DNA from: an uncultured delta proteobacterium
GTDB lineage: Bacteria > Desulfobacterota > WTBG01 > CAIYCZ01 > CAIRTM01
Direction: 5' to 3'
Length of the DNA stretch: 64,000 nucleotides
Assembly (NCBI GenBank): GCA_963804955.1
Contig: CAWDSQ010000030.1
Span: 96,001 to 160,000, forward strand
Below the pieces are notes generated by a model. That model saw only the letters and a list, made by a program, of their open reading frames with translations. It was not told the DNA's origin and made no database searches. Made by a program: the position numbers and the translations under genes. This document shows positions 63,063-64,000 of this stretch, piece after piece. How positions within the stretch are numbered: position 1 is the stretch's first letter; each line of letters starts with the position of its first letter.

Positions 63063-64000
63063 CTATGCCAGCGCCTCAGCGTGTTTCTGAACTGCTGCAG
63101 CTGCTGAAAATCCAAAGCGGTGATGAGCGGTTGTGCATGTTGCCAGTTGGCAGGCGCGCTTGCCTGCCCTGAAAGAATGATGTGTGAGATGAAGCCCAGG
63201 CAAGGGCGGTATCTTTTTACGATTATTCGCCGCTTTTTCGTTGTCGGCAAAAGTCCGGGGCAGCTTCCATCGGCGGTGCAGCCAGCCGAACCACTGCTCG
63301 GGATAGCGGCGCACCATGTCCTCGATAAAGGCATTATACTGGCGGGTATTGGCAATGATATCCTGTTCAGTATCGCCTGTCCTGATCAGGGGAAACGGCT
63401 CACAGAGAATCGTGCGGTTATGTCTGAACCCGGGCTCTTTGATCGTATAGGCCGGCACAACGGCACAGCCTGTTTTCAGGGCAAAAGCGGCAGGGGTGGA
63501 GTAGGTCGAAGCTGTTTTTCCGAAAAACGGCACCGGGAGGCCGTTGCGGCCGGCGTTCTGGTCAAAGAGCAGGGTTACCATGCCGCCCTTTTTCAGGCGC
63601 TGATACAGCTGGCGCAGGCCGTTTTTGCTTGAGATGAGCTCTATTCTGCCTTGGCCGCGGGTGCGGACAATATAGGCATCGACATACGGGTTTTTCAGAG
63701 GCTTGTACAGTGAAGCAGCATTCTCGACATGCTGAGCGAAGGCCGATGAGGCATGCTCCCACATACCCATATGCGGCCCGAGAATTATTACCCCCTTTTT
63801 TTTTGCGAGGGCTTTTTTAAGATGTTCCAGACCTTCAACGGAAACATTTTTGAGCAGGTCAGCCGGTGAGCTGATAACCGACTCGACAAAACCTTCGCCG
63901 AGCATGCGAAAGAGCTTTTTGATAAGATCCTGCCGCTGCGCGCGAGAAAGACTGTCGCCGAAAACGATCTGCAGGTTTTCATGGGCGAGGCGAACGCGCG
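63063..64000 (-). CDS. Lipid A lauroyl/lysophospholipid acyltransferase (LpxL family); the 5' end lies outside the window
   Basis: ENLQIVF, VEGLEHL, HMGMWE, LFDQ, VPFFG and PEQWFGWLHRRWK; the C-terminal extension is uncertain. Confidence 0.85.
   Translation of the reverse strand, partial: RVRLAHENLQIVFGDSLSRAQRQDLIKKLFRMLGEGFVESVISSPADLLKNVSVEGLEHLKKALAKKKGVIILGPHMGMWEHASSAFAQHVENAASLYKPLKNPYVDAYIVRTRGQGRIELISSKNGLRQLYQRLKKGGMVTLLFDQNAGRNGLPVPFFGKTASTYSTPAAFALKTGCAVVPAYTIKEPGFRHNRTILCEPFPLIRTGDTEQDIIANTRQYNAFIEDMVRRYPEQWFGWLHRRWKLPRTFADNEKAANNRKKIPPLPGLHLTHHSFRAGKRACQLATCTTAHHRFGFSAAAAVQKHAEALA

Overview
This is a 64-kb chromosomal window from an anaerobic bacterium. Gene content suggests a deltaproteobacterial/Desulfobacterota-like lineage, which is an inference. 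Many genes carry single-base indels, mostly downstream of about 33 kb; these look like uncorrected long-read errors rather than true pseudogenes. In order, the window holds: (1) a C4-dicarboxylate/TCA cluster (sdhC-like fragment, sucCD, CaiC-like ligase, two-subunit fumarase, malic enzyme); (2) a secreted tetraheme cytochrome c; (3) a TetR-controlled FAD/Fe-S oxidoreductase operon; (4) a ~1,690-aa Cys-rich repeat surface protein that shares its C-terminal module with the cytochrome; (5) an Ehr-type (Ni-less, hydrogenase-4-like) membrane complex behind an HTH-PTS EIIA regulator; (6) a carboxylate transport/signalling locus at 31.5-44 kb; (7) an accessory patch with toxin-antitoxin genes, ORF6N remnants, tandem repeats and an inverted-repeat-flanked RAYT transposase; (8) scattered enzymes, including a BciB/HCAR-like FrhB-family reductase and a possible small selenoprotein. 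The best candidate for an undescribed system is the 31.5-44 kb locus. It encodes a membrane-bound Cache-PAS-PAS-CBS-DUF294 nucleotidyltransferase translationally coupled to a metallophosphoesterase, a histidine kinase with a near-identical Cache sensor, a sigma-54 activator, an archaemetzincin, a Cys-rich GcvH-like protein and two carboxylate transporters (ActP and an OFA-family MFS). The two transporter promoters share TGT-N11-ACA boxes. The MFS and the GcvH-like protein share a C-terminal PxLGxT[ML]xDGGE motif. No rRNA, tRNA or CRISPR array was seen.
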